64,000 nt of DNA from a bacterium (GTDB lineage: Bacteria > UBA8248). Each line of letters begins with the position of its first letter. Position 1 is the first letter of the stretch. Positions 9,546 through 20,364 of this stretch are shown piece after piece. The DNA lies in NCBI GenBank assembly GCA_965200245.1, contig CBDATS010000015.1, positions 352,001 through 416,000 of the forward strand. The letters are read 5' to 3'. A program made the translations under genes and the position numbers. The notes under the pieces are model-generated. The model saw nothing but the letters and a program-made list of their open reading frames with translations, made no database searches and had not been told where the DNA came from.

Positions 9546-9586
9546 ACGCAGCCCTTCTCTCCCCAGGCAAACGGGAAAGGAGGCCG

Positions 9587-9916
9587 CTAATCAGCGCAAC
9601 TTCGGGCCAGCCAGTCGAGGTAGGACGAATTGCCTTTGTCGATCGCTATTGCCATCACCTCCGGTACTTCGTAGCTATGCTTTTCGGCCAAATAATCAGC
9701 GAGGGCTGGCAACTTCTCCTTCGTGGTCTTGATGATGAGCAGGACCTCTGTATCGTCCTGGATCGCTCCTTCCCAGCGGTAGAAACTGCGAACACCCGGA
9801 ACCAGGTTCACGCAGGCGCACAGATTGTGTTCGACCAGTGATTCTGCAATCCGCGCCCCCTCTTCTCCGGAACCCGCAGTGCTCAAAACGACCCGAAATT
9901 CTTTTCCGTCTTTCAT
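9587..9916 (-). CDS. cutA: Divalent-cation tolerance protein CutA
   Basis: LCACVNL, SFYRWEG, EVLLIIKT, HSYEVPE, YLDWL. Confidence 0.92.
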   Translation of the reverse strand: MKDGKEFRVVLSTAGSGEEGARIAESLVEHNLCACVNLVPGVRSFYRWEGAIQDDTEVLLIIKTTKEKLPALADYLAEKHSYEVPEVMAIAIDKGNSSYLDWLARSCAD

Positions 9917-9925
9917 GCCTGTTCC

Positions 9926-10882
9926 TCATGCACCTAGTATTTTTTCGGCTGCACTGTAGGGGTCCATTGTTCGCGTGGCGATGGCGCCCAGCAGTTCATC
10001 GAGTTCCTGCCCGCCCTCCACGCCGTCTCCCATCCGCTCTATGGCGAGTTCCCTCATCACCTCCGAAAGTATGATGCGTGCGCGTTCCCGCCCGAGACGA
10101 TCGGCCTCGTGCGAATGTTCCCGTAAATAGGCCATGCGCGCCTCGATCTGCACTGCCAGTTCCTCCGTGCCCTCGCCCGTCAGCGCCTCCGTTTTGAGAA
10201 CCGGGGGTCTCCATGTGTCCGCCTCACCGGGATGAAACCTGAAATCGAGCATTTCCTCTATATCTTTCACTGTCCGGTCCGCACCATCTCTTTTCGCCTT
10301 GTTCACCACGAAAATATCGCCGATCTCCAGGATTCCGGCCTTCGCCGCCTGTATATGGTCTCCCCCGCCGGGCGTCTGGAGCAGCACGACCATGTCCGCA
10401 TATTGCATGATGTTCACCTCGCCCTGCCCCACGCCCACAGTCTCGATAATCACGACGTCCCAGCCCATGGCGTCCATGACGCATAGCGCATCTCCCGTCG
10501 TGCGGGCGAGCCCGCCCAAGTGACCGCGTGTGGCCATGCTGCGAATAAAGACTTTCGGGTCCGTATTGTGCCTGCCCATTCGGATTCGATCGCCCAGAAT
10601 GGCACCGCCCGTGAACGGGCTCGTCGGGTCCACGGCGATGACACACACCCTTTTCTCCCGGGCGCGATAATGGGTGATCAGCTGGTCGGAAAGCGTGCTC
10701 TTGCCCGCGCCCGGAGGACCGGTAATCCCGATAACCAGGCTTTTCCCCCCCTTCAGATACAGTTCCTGTAAAATGGGTTTCGCACGAGGGTCGTTGTCCT
10801 CCACAAGCGTGATGAGCCTTGCGGCCGGACGAACCATACCGTCCAGAATCCGGGAGACTGTGATTTGATTGTCGGAATTCAT
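9926..10882 (-). CDS. meaB: MeaB/ArgK family GTPase (B12 mutase chaperone)
   Basis: GITGPPGAGKST, AVDPTSPFTGGAILGDRIRM, IETVGVGQ, QAAKAGILE, VVNK. Confidence 0.9.
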   Translation of the reverse strand: MNSDNQITVSRILDGMVRPAARLITLVEDNDPRAKPILQELYLKGGKSLVIGITGPPGAGKSTLSDQLITHYRAREKRVCVIAVDPTSPFTGGAILGDRIRMGRHNTDPKVFIRSMATRGHLGGLARTTGDALCVMDAMGWDVVIIETVGVGQGEVNIMQYADMVVLLQTPGGGDHIQAAKAGILEIGDIFVVNKAKRDGADRTVKDIEEMLDFRFHPGEADTWRPPVLKTEALTGEGTEELAVQIEARMAYLREHSHEADRLGRERARIILSEVMRELAIERMGDGVEGGQELDELLGAIATRTMDPYSAAEKILGA

Positions 10883-10946
10883 TCTATATTATTTATCAAT
10901 ATTTTATTAGGTTAATCTCAAGTTGTTTATTGACATATGCCTGGCC

Positions 10947-12092
10947 TCACGAATCGAACAGGCAGCGGTTGATAAGGTTGCGATGCACCTCGCCTGTGCC
11001 TTCGCCAAGGGGAAACATACGGGCGTCACGCCAGAGCATTCCCGCCGGCGCCTCTGCAATGTAGCCATAACCTCCATGAATCTGGATGCCCCTGTCACAA
11101 ACGCGAAGACAGGCTTCCGAGGCGAAAAGTTCCGCCATCGTCGCTTCTTCCCTGTTGTCTCGCCCGGCATCGCGGATTTTCGCTGCATTTGCAATCATCT
11201 CACGCGCCGTGGCAACGTCTATGGCACTATCGGCCATCAACCCGCGTAAACCGGCGAAATCGGCAGGCGATTCGCCGGGCGCCTCACGCTTCTTCATATA
11301 GGTGACAGCCGCGTCGAGAGAAGCCTGCGCTATGCCGACACATATCGCGCCGAGCGCCACCCTGCCATCGCCCATAACGTGCATCGCCTGCTGAAGACCT
11401 TCTCCTTCATTACCGAGCAGACGCCCCGCCGGAATCACACAGTCCTCGAAAATCATTTCGGTCATACCTGCCGAACGCATACCGAGCGCCCGTTCACACG
11501 CGACACTTTTGCGCCCCTCATCGTCCTTTTCTATCAAAAACGCGCTGATTCCGTTTTTCCCCTCCGCCGTGCATGCAAGGATAACCGCACTCTCAAATTC
11601 CACCCCCTGCGCGACGAACATTTTCGCACCATTGATGACATACGTATCTTCCGTTCGCCTCGCCTCGCATTCGGGAACGGCTGCATGACTGCCGGCGACT
11701 CGCTCCGTAATCGCCCATGCGCCTATGGCTCCTTTTGTCAGGGGAGGGATGTAGAGATTTTTCAGTTCATCCGACCCGTATTGCAGCAAGTACCCCCCGC
11801 ACAGGCCCGCAGAGACGCTGATCGTGAACGCGAAACTCGGGTCGCCGCCTGCCAGTTCCTCCAATACGAGACATTCGTCAAACAAGCCGAGACCACGTCC
11901 CCCCAGGTGCTCGGGTATTTTGACGCCGATGAACCCCGCCTCCGCCGCCTCCTTGTATAACTCGAAACAGAATACCCCTTCCCTGTCACGCTCTATGGCG
12001 CCGGGGGCGAGTCTCTGCTGGGCGAATTCACGAGCTTCCTCCTGGAGGGATGCTTCTCTTTCCGATAAATCCGTGTATGTGGCGATCGACAA
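10947..12092 (-). CDS. Acyl-CoA dehydrogenase family protein
   Basis: WAITERVAGS, INGAKMFV, LGMR, IQIHGGYGY, GEGT motifs. Confidence 0.9.
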   Translation of the reverse strand: MSIATYTDLSEREASLQEEAREFAQQRLAPGAIERDREGVFCFELYKEAAEAGFIGVKIPEHLGGRGLGLFDECLVLEELAGGDPSFAFTISVSAGLCGGYLLQYGSDELKNLYIPPLTKGAIGAWAITERVAGSHAAVPECEARRTEDTYVINGAKMFVAQGVEFESAVILACTAEGKNGISAFLIEKDDEGRKSVACERALGMRSAGMTEMIFEDCVIPAGRLLGNEGEGLQQAMHVMGDGRVALGAICVGIAQASLDAAVTYMKKREAPGESPADFAGLRGLMADSAIDVATAREMIANAAKIRDAGRDNREEATMAELFASEACLRVCDRGIQIHGGYGYIAEAPAGMLWRDARMFPLGEGTGEVHRNLINRCLFDS

Positions 12093-12097
12093 GATCG

Positions 12098-13087
12098 CTA
12101 TCCTCCGTTTGCCTGGAGAGCCGGCAGGATTTCTTCGCCCAGGAGGGTCAACCTGTGAGGATTGACGTCGAGGTCGGGGATGGTGACCAGGATATGGTCA
12201 ACGCCCGCCTTTGGATATTCCCTGAGTCGCGCAACGCAATCATCCGGCGTTCCATAGACACTTCCCGACTCGGGGATGACACTCAGCTTCTCGCGAGCCG
12301 TTCTGGCAACCGACCTGTCTTTTTCAGGAATCACCATGACCATGAGAGATGCCCGAATCGCCTCGGGATCTCTCCCTGTTTTTTTGCATTCGGCCTCAAT
12401 CTCCGGTCTTTTTTCCAGAAACTGCTCAGGCGTCCACCAGCGGCAATTGTAGCCATCCGCCTGACGGGCCGAAACGCCAAGCAGTTTTGGGCCCTCGCCC
12501 CCTGTCCAGATCGGAGGGTGCGGTTTCTGGAAAGGAGGCGGATCGCAAACGCCGTTTTGGATCTGAAAATATCCGCCTTCGAAATGAGGAGCGGGTTCAG
12601 TCCACATTGCGCGAATCAGCTGAATGGCTTCTTCCACTTGCTTGATTCTCACGGCGGCGGCTGGATAGGGGTATCCGAAAGAATGATATTCGTTTTCGAT
12701 CCAACCCGCCCCAATCCCGAAATCAACCCGGCCCTTGCTGATGACGTCGACCGTGGCCGCCGTTTTCGCCAGCATGGCCGGCGGGCGGTATCCTACACAT
12801 GACACAAGCGTGCCCAGACGCAGGGTTTCAGTATCCCGTGCGAGAGCGGCGAGGGTCGTCCAAGGTTCCAGAATTGCGGTATCGGAGGATTGTTCCTTCT
12901 CGTCCTGAGCACCGAAACCCGTCTGGCTCCCATAGGAGGCGGGATCGAGCGTCACGAAATGATCGCAATGCCACAGGGAACCGATTCCCAGTCTTTCCGA
13001 CTCCTGGGCGATTTCCCTTAATTTCTCATAATCACCGATATACGTACCCTTGAGCGTCAGGGCCACGATGATGCCGACTTCCACCAT
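12098..13087 (-). CDS. Luciferase-like (LLM) flavin/F420-dependent oxidoreductase
   Basis: WHCDHF, EPWTTLAALA, RPPAMLAK, SKGRVDFGIGAGW, PPIWTGG. Confidence 0.88.
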   Translation of the reverse strand: MVEVGIIVALTLKGTYIGDYEKLREIAQESERLGIGSLWHCDHFVTLDPASYGSQTGFGAQDEKEQSSDTAILEPWTTLAALARDTETLRLGTLVSCVGYRPPAMLAKTAATVDVISKGRVDFGIGAGWIENEYHSFGYPYPAAAVRIKQVEEAIQLIRAMWTEPAPHFEGGYFQIQNGVCDPPPFQKPHPPIWTGGEGPKLLGVSARQADGYNCRWWTPEQFLEKRPEIEAECKKTGRDPEAIRASLMVMVIPEKDRSVARTAREKLSVIPESGSVYGTPDDCVARLREYPKAGVDHILVTIPDLDVNPHRLTLLGEEILPALQANGG

Positions 13088-13209
13088 GATTTTCCTCTTG
13101 TTCACGCGAATATGTGGGAACCTTTTCGAATACGCACCTTATCAGTATTCGGAATGAGAAACGAGAGGAAGCGAACAACCCGGCCTGTGTCGTTTGATGC
13201 TCAGGGCAC

Positions 13210-14091
13210 CTATTTCCCCAAAACGACCCCGGCAGCACCGAGCACGGAGAGTAAACCACCGATGACGACGCGCAAATTCACCGCTTCCTGTTTTCTGAAA
13301 AACAGCCAGGACAGGAATATGATGAGAAGCACGGAGAGGCGATTCAGGGGAATGATCTGGACGATCTTCCCCGTTTTTATGGACGACCAGAAGAAAAAGG
13401 CAGCTATGGCGTTCAGGCAGGCACCTCCCAGTACGGCCAGGAGTCCTTTTCTGTCCCACGATTTGGGTGCCCTCCCCTCCACGGAGAAAGGCAGAACAGC
13501 CAAAGCGAAGCAAAACGCCGTCATGCTGCCGGCCGTCATGCCCAAAGAAGCAGATTTGATAATCTGCAGTCCGAACTTGCCGAATATGTGCGTCATCGCA
13601 AACAAAACGGCCGTGCCCAAGGGGGCCATATAGTAATACAGCGGAATCCGCCTCTGGACCTCGCCTTTTTCATAGACCAGCAGAATCGAACCCGCCATGA
13701 TTGTCAGCGTCCCGAGCGCGATGAGCCAAGTCATCTGCTCGCCTGCGAAAACCACCGCAAACAAAGAAGCCCACACGAGACTGGTCTGGGTAACGATGGA
13801 GGAGCGCGCCAGTCCCACCAGTTTCATCCCGACAAGGCTCAGATATCTGCCGACAAATGAGCCGGAAACACCCATGGCAGCGAACCACAGGATCCCCCCG
13901 ATCGGCCAATCGGTCACACCGCCTTCCAACAGATAAAACATGGTTCCAAAGCACATCTGCACGGCGATCATGAAAACGTTCATGACAACGGGACTGAGTC
14001 GCGCTACGCCGGCGCGGTATAGCGTGCGCGCGGAAGCGATGAAACAGGCCGCGACAAGAGCAAGGATGTTGGGATGGATAAAATCGAGCAA
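13210..14091 (-). CDS. EamA/DMT family transporter
   Basis: About 10 hydrophobic segments in two repeats; about 293 aa; paralogue of the next gene. Confidence 0.85.
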   Translation of the reverse strand: MLDFIHPNILALVAACFIASARTLYRAGVARLSPVVMNVFMIAVQMCFGTMFYLLEGGVTDWPIGGILWFAAMGVSGSFVGRYLSLVGMKLVGLARSSIVTQTSLVWASLFAVVFAGEQMTWLIALGTLTIMAGSILLVYEKGEVQRRIPLYYYMAPLGTAVLFAMTHIFGKFGLQIIKSASLGMTAGSMTAFCFALAVLPFSVEGRAPKSWDRKGLLAVLGGACLNAIAAFFFWSSIKTGKIVQIIPLNRLSVLLIIFLSWLFFRKQEAVNLRVVIGGLLSVLGAAGVVLGK

Positions 14092-14094
14092 CGC

Positions 14095-14982
14095 CTATCT
14101 TCCGGCCACGATGGCGAAAGCGCCCAGAAGCGCTATCAATGCACCCAGGACGACGCGCCACGTCACGTTTTTCTGCCTTCGAAACAACAGCCAGGACAGG
14201 AAGATGATCAACAGGACGGAAAGGCGGGTCAAAGGGATGACGCGGGTGATTTCTCCGAGTTTCACCGAAGACCAAAAGAAGAAAATACCGCATCCCTGGA
14301 GCGCGGCACCGATGAGAAGGACGAAGAGCCCTCTCCTGTCTCCACTCGTGCCCGGGTCTCCCTGGCCCTGCGCGAAGGGCAGCGTACCCAGCAAAAGAGT
14401 GAGCGAGGTCGTGTTGGCGACCGCCATCCCAAAAGCGGAAGAGGATATCCACTCGAATGCGAATTTTCCCACCAAATGCGCAAATGCGTACATCAGTGCC
14501 GACGCTATGGGAATCGCATAGTAGTGAAACGGTATCCTGCGGCCAATATCTCCTTTGGGATTGTAGACAAGCAGGCTCGCGCCGCACATGACGCCCAGAA
14601 TTCCGCCCGCTTTCTGAAGCGACATGCTCTCATCCAATATGAAGACGGCCAGGATCGACGACCACACGAGAACGGTCTGGCTCATTACCGCCGCGCGCGC
14701 CAGCCCCGTGTAACGGATGGCAACAAAATTGATGTATCTTCCCAGGAAACTTCCGAAAAACCCCATCGCCATGAACCAGAAAACGCCCTGAAAAGGTATC
14801 TGGTCGAGCGATCCCTCCACCCAGTAGAAAAACCACCCGAAAGAGGTCGTTACGCACGCCATTACAAGATTGGCCGTGTGCATTTTCATGCGCGGAATCG
14901 CATAGCGCTGCGATACGCGGGCGAATGCGATGAGGGTTGCGGAGCAGAGCGCCAGAATGTTGGGGTGAATTGCGTCAAGCAA
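14095..14982 (-). CDS. EamA/DMT family transporter (tandem paralogue)
   Basis: Same architecture; shares N-terminus MLDxIHPNILAL and RLSVLLIIFLSWL with its neighbour. Confidence 0.85.
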   Translation of the reverse strand: MLDAIHPNILALCSATLIAFARVSQRYAIPRMKMHTANLVMACVTTSFGWFFYWVEGSLDQIPFQGVFWFMAMGFFGSFLGRYINFVAIRYTGLARAAVMSQTVLVWSSILAVFILDESMSLQKAGGILGVMCGASLLVYNPKGDIGRRIPFHYYAIPIASALMYAFAHLVGKFAFEWISSSAFGMAVANTTSLTLLLGTLPFAQGQGDPGTSGDRRGLFVLLIGAALQGCGIFFFWSSVKLGEITRVIPLTRLSVLLIIFLSWLLFRRQKNVTWRVVLGALIALLGAFAIVAGR

Positions 14983-15287
14983 AACATTCAGCCTTCTGTA
15001 TTGAAAAACGCATTTGCTCTCACGTCCCCTTGATAACCCGCGTCCAGACGTTTGACCGATAATTCGCTGAAGCCGAAGCGAGTAGCAAAAACATCACTTG
15101 CGATAGGGGTGAAAAAGGGTTCTGGAACTCAGAATGGAACACAAGGAATCGGTTCAAGGAATTTCCCAAAAGCCAGAGTATAATAGTCGATTATGGCATG
15201 AAATGCATCTTTGGGGATAGCTGCAGGCGTCAGGAAGCGTGCGTTACGACACGGAATCGATAAGTGAGGCTGGTCCCACAATCTTCT

Positions 15288-15767
15288 CTACATCTCGTCC
15301 AGACTCTTGTCGACGACGGGTCCCTGATACCCGGGAAAATTCTCGACATAGGGGCAATCCTCGGGAAGTCCCCCCATTTCAATGATTTCAGGGCCTATCG
15401 GCAGGCACATCGACTCTATTTCAAAACGATCGGCGTATACGCGGCAATGATTGGTCTCGGCATCAAGATATGTGCATGCGCTCGTCAGGAGGAGCAACCT
15501 TTCCCCCTCCCACACCTTGTCATAGCAACACTTCCCGCAACCAGTGCAAAGTGCTTCCCATTCAGGTGTCCCTGAAGGGGGCAGATTCTCGTCCATCCAT
15601 TTCTGGATTTCATCAAGGCGACGCTCTCTTTTCGTCTTGTACATCGGGATAACCAGTGGAGTATCCTGCTTGAGACGTCCCTGCTCGGACGCCTTCCAGA
15701 TACGGCGATTGTTGCTGTCTTTTTTCAGCTTGCTTCGTTTCATGGAATCAGTCTTCGAACCGTGCAT
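15288..15767 (-). CDS. YcgN/YkgJ-type cysteine-cluster protein
   Basis: WEALCTGCGKCC, CTYLD...CRVYADRF, LPEDCPY. Confidence 0.82.
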   Translation of the reverse strand: MHGSKTDSMKRSKLKKDSNNRRIWKASEQGRLKQDTPLVIPMYKTKRERRLDEIQKWMDENLPPSGTPEWEALCTGCGKCCYDKVWEGERLLLLTSACTYLDAETNHCRVYADRFEIESMCLPIGPEIIEMGGLPEDCPYVENFPGYQGPVVDKSLDEM

Positions 15768-16549
15768 CAGCGATCCTGAAAATTGGGAGCGCGCTTCTCG
15801 ATAAACGCAGCAAGACCTTCCTGTGAATCTTCTGTGCTGTTCACGAGAGCGAATTTCTCGGTCTCAAGGGTCAAGCCCCCCTCGATACCACCCTCCATTC
15901 CGCCGTGAACGGCCTGCAGAATCAGCTCAATCGCTGGCCTGCTCTTCAATGCCAGCTTCTGTGCCAGCACTTTCGCTTCATCCATGAGAGCGTCAGACTC
16001 ACAGACCTTGTTCACCAGTCCGATGCGGTGAGCCTCCTCGGCATCTATCGGGTCTCCTGTCATGAGGATTTCGAGCGCACGACCCGCCCCGACGAGGCGG
16101 GGAAGTCGTTGTGTGCCACCATAGCCGGGGATAATGCCCAAATTAATCTCCGGCTGCCCGAAAAGCGCGTTCGTGGATGCCAGCCTGATCGAGCACGCCA
16201 TCGCCACCTCGCAGCCGCCACCCAGGGCGAAACCGTTCACAGCCGCAATTGAGGGTTTTCCGATAGTTTCAAGCGACCGCAGAATTTTCGTTCCGTGCTC
16301 GGAGAGCCATCGCGCACTGAGGGGAGAACGATTCACCATGCCCTTGATATCCGCTCCTGCTATGAAAGCCCTGTCACCTGAACCCGTTAATATCAACACT
16401 TTCAGTTTGTTATCATATCGAAATTCCGATATCAGATGAGCCAGTTCATTCATTGTCTCTGTATTCAGGGCGTTTAGTGCCTTGGGACGATTGAAAGTGC
16501 AGGTCGCGACCGGACCATCAATTTGATATGTCAAGTTGTTATAATTCAA
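15767..16549 (-). CDS. Enoyl-CoA hydratase (crotonase)
   Basis: NRPKALNAL, AFIAGADI, AVNGFALGGGCE, GQPEINLGIIPGYGGTQRLPR. Confidence 0.92.
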   Translation of the reverse strand: MNYNNLTYQIDGPVATCTFNRPKALNALNTETMNELAHLISEFRYDNKLKVLILTGSGDRAFIAGADIKGMVNRSPLSARWLSEHGTKILRSLETIGKPSIAAVNGFALGGGCEVAMACSIRLASTNALFGQPEINLGIIPGYGGTQRLPRLVGAGRALEILMTGDPIDAEEAHRIGLVNKVCESDALMDEAKVLAQKLALKSRPAIELILQAVHGGMEGGIEGGLTLETEKFALVNSTEDSQEGLAAFIEKRAPNFQDR

Positions 16550-16771
16550 CAGTTTATCGCCTTATTTCTCAGGTCTGTTCCGAGCAAATGAAATTTCAGG
16601 ATAACCCTCGTGAATTTATCCAAATTTATCGAACTTCTCAGTTGTAATCCGTCTCTTATACATCATTTGTTACGCATGCAATGAAACGGCAGAAGCATAC
16701 TTTCCGTTCCTGGAAACCCTATCGTTTCATTACGCACAAACACCCGTGATACTCTCCGTAATCGGGCTTCC

Positions 16772-17962
16772 CTATTCCCCATACGCCTCGACGATCACCG
16801 ACAAACCCATGCCGCCACCGATACACGCACCCGCAAGACCGTACTTCCCGCCCCGGCGCCTGAGTTCGTGCAGTATGGTGAGGGTGAGCCTTGCACCGCT
16901 TGCACCCACAGGGTGACCGATAGCGATTGCACCGCCGTTCACGTTCGTCTTCTCGCGGTCGAGACCGAGTTCTTTTTCCACCGCGAGATATTGTGCGGAG
17001 AACGCCTCGTTAATCTCGACCAGGTCCATGTCGTCGAGTTGGAGCCCTGCCTTCTTGAGGGCGATTCGACTGCTTTCTGCAGGGCCTATCCCCATGATCT
17101 TGGGGTCGCATCCCGAAACGCCCCACGAGACGAGCCGCCCGATGGGTTTTCGGTCCAGACGCTCCGCCGCCGCGCGCGAGGAGATGACCAACGCCGCCGC
17201 CCCGTCGTTGATGCCACTCGCATTACCTGCCGTCACCACGCCGTCTTCCTTGAACGCGGGCCTGAGCCTGGCGAGCGATTCCTCGTTCGAATCTGCGCGA
17301 GGATGCTCGTCACGATCGAAGGTAATCGTCTTCCTGCGCTCCTGCACCTCAACCGGGAAACACTCCTCCCCCAGGCGCCCGCTCTCCCAGGCGTCGTGCG
17401 CGCGCGCCTGCGAAAGTGCGGCGAACTCATCCACTGCTTCCCTGTGAAAGTCGTATTTTTCTGCCAGATTCTCGGCCGTGATACCCATCGGCACGTTCGC
17501 CATCGTGTCGGTGAGTGCCGTGTAAAGACCGTCCTCCATCGGAGCCTGAAAGAGCCTCATACCGGTTCTCGAGTTTCTGATCACATGCGGTGTCAGACTC
17601 ATGTTCTCCGCCCCTACGGCAAGCACCACGTCGGCGTCTTCGGTCATAATTTCTTTCGCCCCGCTCACCACTGCCTGAAAGCCCGAGGCGCACATGCGGT
17701 TTACGCAGTAGCCGGGCCTGTCCAGGGGGACACCCGCCGCCAGCGCGACGTGCCTGCCGATGTAGACGCCATCGGAGTTCGACTGGATGACGTTGCCCAC
17801 TACGGTATGATCGACATCCTCTGGCGTGACGCCCGAACGGGACATCGCCTCTTTCGCCGCCAGCGCACCGAGTTCCGTGGCCGACATCTCCTTCAAGGTG
17901 CCCAGAAAACCCCCAAACGGTGTTCGTGCACCGCCCAGAAAAACGACGTCTTTATCCGACAT
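16772..17962 (-). CDS. Acetyl-CoA C-acyltransferase (thiolase)
   Basis: NRMCASG, NEAF, GHPVGASG, CIGGG catalytic motifs. Confidence 0.95.
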   Translation of the reverse strand: MSDKDVVFLGGARTPFGGFLGTLKEMSATELGALAAKEAMSRSGVTPEDVDHTVVGNVIQSNSDGVYIGRHVALAAGVPLDRPGYCVNRMCASGFQAVVSGAKEIMTEDADVVLAVGAENMSLTPHVIRNSRTGMRLFQAPMEDGLYTALTDTMANVPMGITAENLAEKYDFHREAVDEFAALSQARAHDAWESGRLGEECFPVEVQERRKTITFDRDEHPRADSNEESLARLRPAFKEDGVVTAGNASGINDGAAALVISSRAAAERLDRKPIGRLVSWGVSGCDPKIMGIGPAESSRIALKKAGLQLDDMDLVEINEAFSAQYLAVEKELGLDREKTNVNGGAIAIGHPVGASGARLTLTILHELRRRGGKYGLAGACIGGGMGLSVIVEAYGE

Positions 17963-18253
17963 TCCCTGTTACCTCCCGATTCAAGTGCAAGGAAACATGA
18001 CTTCTCAGTCTGTCCAGCCTGTTTGCGACCTCACCATAACGCCAAGGCGAAGCGATGCGCAAGGGGCGTGCAGGGGGAAGACATGGGCAACCACTGGAGC
18101 AATTTCTCTTCCGGTTCCCGAAACACACCCTTGATGTTGAAAGTGTTACAGACGCAAACCTGGACAAGTGTTTTCTCCTGGAACCCAGCCTCTTTTATAG
18201 AGGCCTGCCATCCACGAAATTCCTGTTTTGAAAGCTTCCAACGCTGATTATGG

Positions 18254-18860
18254 TTGCTTTTGGGTCAACCAGCATTTGTTTTTACAGAAAAACCTTTGAA
18301 ATTTTGCGAACGCATGATTCTCGCGTCATCAAATGAAGGCGACATCGTTTGTGACCCATTCGCAGGATGCGCAAGCACCCGTGCAGCCGCAGAAAGACTC
18401 CATCGACAATGGACAGGAATAGATATCTGGGGCAAAGCGCATGATGCCGTCATCAAAAGACTTTAAAATAAAGGATTGATGTCGCCGATGGCGGCAGCTG
18501 GGGTCGCCTGTTCACGGGAGATCAAATCATATCTTCAAAAGATCCACCGGAGTGAACCGACAACGAAGCTGCTCCCTTCCTGTGCATCAAGGAACGGGTG
18601 AAGAAATCAGATGGGCCGTGCTGGACGCGGGTGCAGATTATGAACACCTACTCGGACAACATGGCCCCCGATGTATGTGGATGTGACAGGCAATTTGACA
18701 CCGCGTTGCCCCAAACTTGCTCACAATGCACTCCGTTCTCGTGGTGGGTGGAATCACATTGCCAATCGAATCCTGCCTTGCTGTCCGAGCAATAAAACCG
18801 ATAGCAACATCTTCACACCTGATGGCCTGTGGAGAGAAAACAAAAAGGGGGATATATGGT
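18254..18860 (+). pseudogene. Decayed C-terminal part of an N4/N6 DNA methyltransferase fused to an HNH nuclease
   Basis: TEKPLKFCERMILASSNEGDIVCDPFAGCAST..AAERLHRQWTGID (MTase motif I region), then stops and frameshifts, then CGCDRQFD and HNALRSRGGWNHIANRILPCCPSNK (degenerate HNH). Confidence 0.7.
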
Positions 18861-19123
18861 GTGCAAACAGGGAGAGTTAAATTTATAATTACCAACAATG
18901 AGACATGGGGAATAACCTTAGAGACTTTGTGCCTTTTGGGGTGATGAGCGGAGTCCTCGGGCGCGGGTCAATGCCGGTTGAAGTGCCAGAGATGCAGACC
19001 GAAGCATAGCAAATCATTAATAGACTAAAAGTAGATGAGGGCTCAGTATTCGGCTTTGTTTAATAGTGTTGATTTGAACGAGGAGCCCCTCGAAGGAATA
19101 GGTGCAACAATTGAGAGTTCACA

Positions 19124-20353
19124 GTGAAGTTCCTCCACACATCTGACTGGCATATTGGCCGTACCCTTTACGGTAGAAAACGATACGAGGAATTCGAGGC
19201 GTTTCTGGCATGGCTGTCCGAGACGATTCAGCAGAATAAAATCGATGCCCTGCTTGTGGCGGGTGACGTCTTTGACAACAGTGTTCCGAGCAACCGCGCC
19301 TAGGAACTCTATTACCGCTTTCTGTGCCGGGTGGCTTCATCATCCTGCAGGCACGTTGTCGTCGTGGCTGGCAACCACGATTCTCCCTCATTCCTCAATG
19401 CACCAAAGGATCTGCTCAAAGCCCTTGATGTCCACGTAATCGGTAGTGCGTCCGAATCCCCGGAAGACGAAGTGCTGGTGCTCTGCAATGATCAGGATAC
19501 TCCAGAACTGATTGTTTGCGCCGTGCCATACCTCCGTGACAGTGATATCCGCGTGGCGGAAGCTGGGGAGAGTCTCGAGGATAAGGAACGGAAGCTGATT
19601 GACGGCATACGCAGTCATTACAGCAACGTCGCCGCTCTGGCTGAACGGAAGCGCAAGGAGTTCGGAGTTGATATTCCTATCGTCGCCATGGGGCACCTGT
19701 TTACCGCCGGCGGACAAACCATTGAAGGTGATGGAGTGCGAGAGCTGTATGTGGGTTCACTCGCTCACGTCACAGCAAAGATATTTCCTGATTCCTTCAA
19801 CTATGTGGCGCTTGGGCACCTGCATGTCCCACAAATTGTAAACAGTTCAGAAACCATACGGTACAGTGGTTCTCCTATACCCATGGGGCTTGGAGAGGCA
19901 AAACAACAAAAGAGTGTTTGCCAAGTTGAATTTCATAAATCGTCAGCGTCTGTTCAACTGGTCGATGTGCCGGTTTTTCAGAAGCTCGAGCGCGTCGAGG
20001 GGAACTGGGACGGCATCTCAAGCCGTATTCTTGAATTATCTGCGACTGCCCCAAAAGTGTGGATCGAAGTCATGTATGAAGGTAACGAAATCACTGGCGA
20101 CTTGCGCGAGCGTTTAGAGGCCGCAATCAAAGATACCCAGATTGAAATCCTTCGGGTGAATAACACCCGTCTCATCGATCGTGTATTGGGGCAAATTCAT
20201 GAGGAGAAAACGCTCGATGATTTGAACGAGAACGACGTTTTCGAGCAATTTCTCGCCGTTCATGGAGTGCCTGACAACCAGCGCAAGGAACTGCTTCGTA
20301 CCTATCGGGAAACGCTCTCGTCTCTCCATGAAGACGACTTGCAGGCAGAATAA
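19124..20353 (+). pseudogene. sbcD: SbcD (Mre11-like) nuclease with an internal TAG
   Basis: GTG start: MKFLHTSDWHIG...AGDVFD..PSNRA-TAG(19301-19303)-ELYY continues in frame into GNHD and YVALGHLH. Gln is expected at the stop. Confidence 0.88.
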
Positions 20354-20364
20354 AGAGGCTATCG

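Noticed and set aside
19301-19303. Pyrrolysine or amber recoding to explain the in-frame TAGs (also 56628-56630)
   Set aside because: Many intact genes here end in TAG, the positions are non-catalytic (Gln expected in sbcD), and the partner sbcC is frameshifted. Nonsense mutation is simpler.
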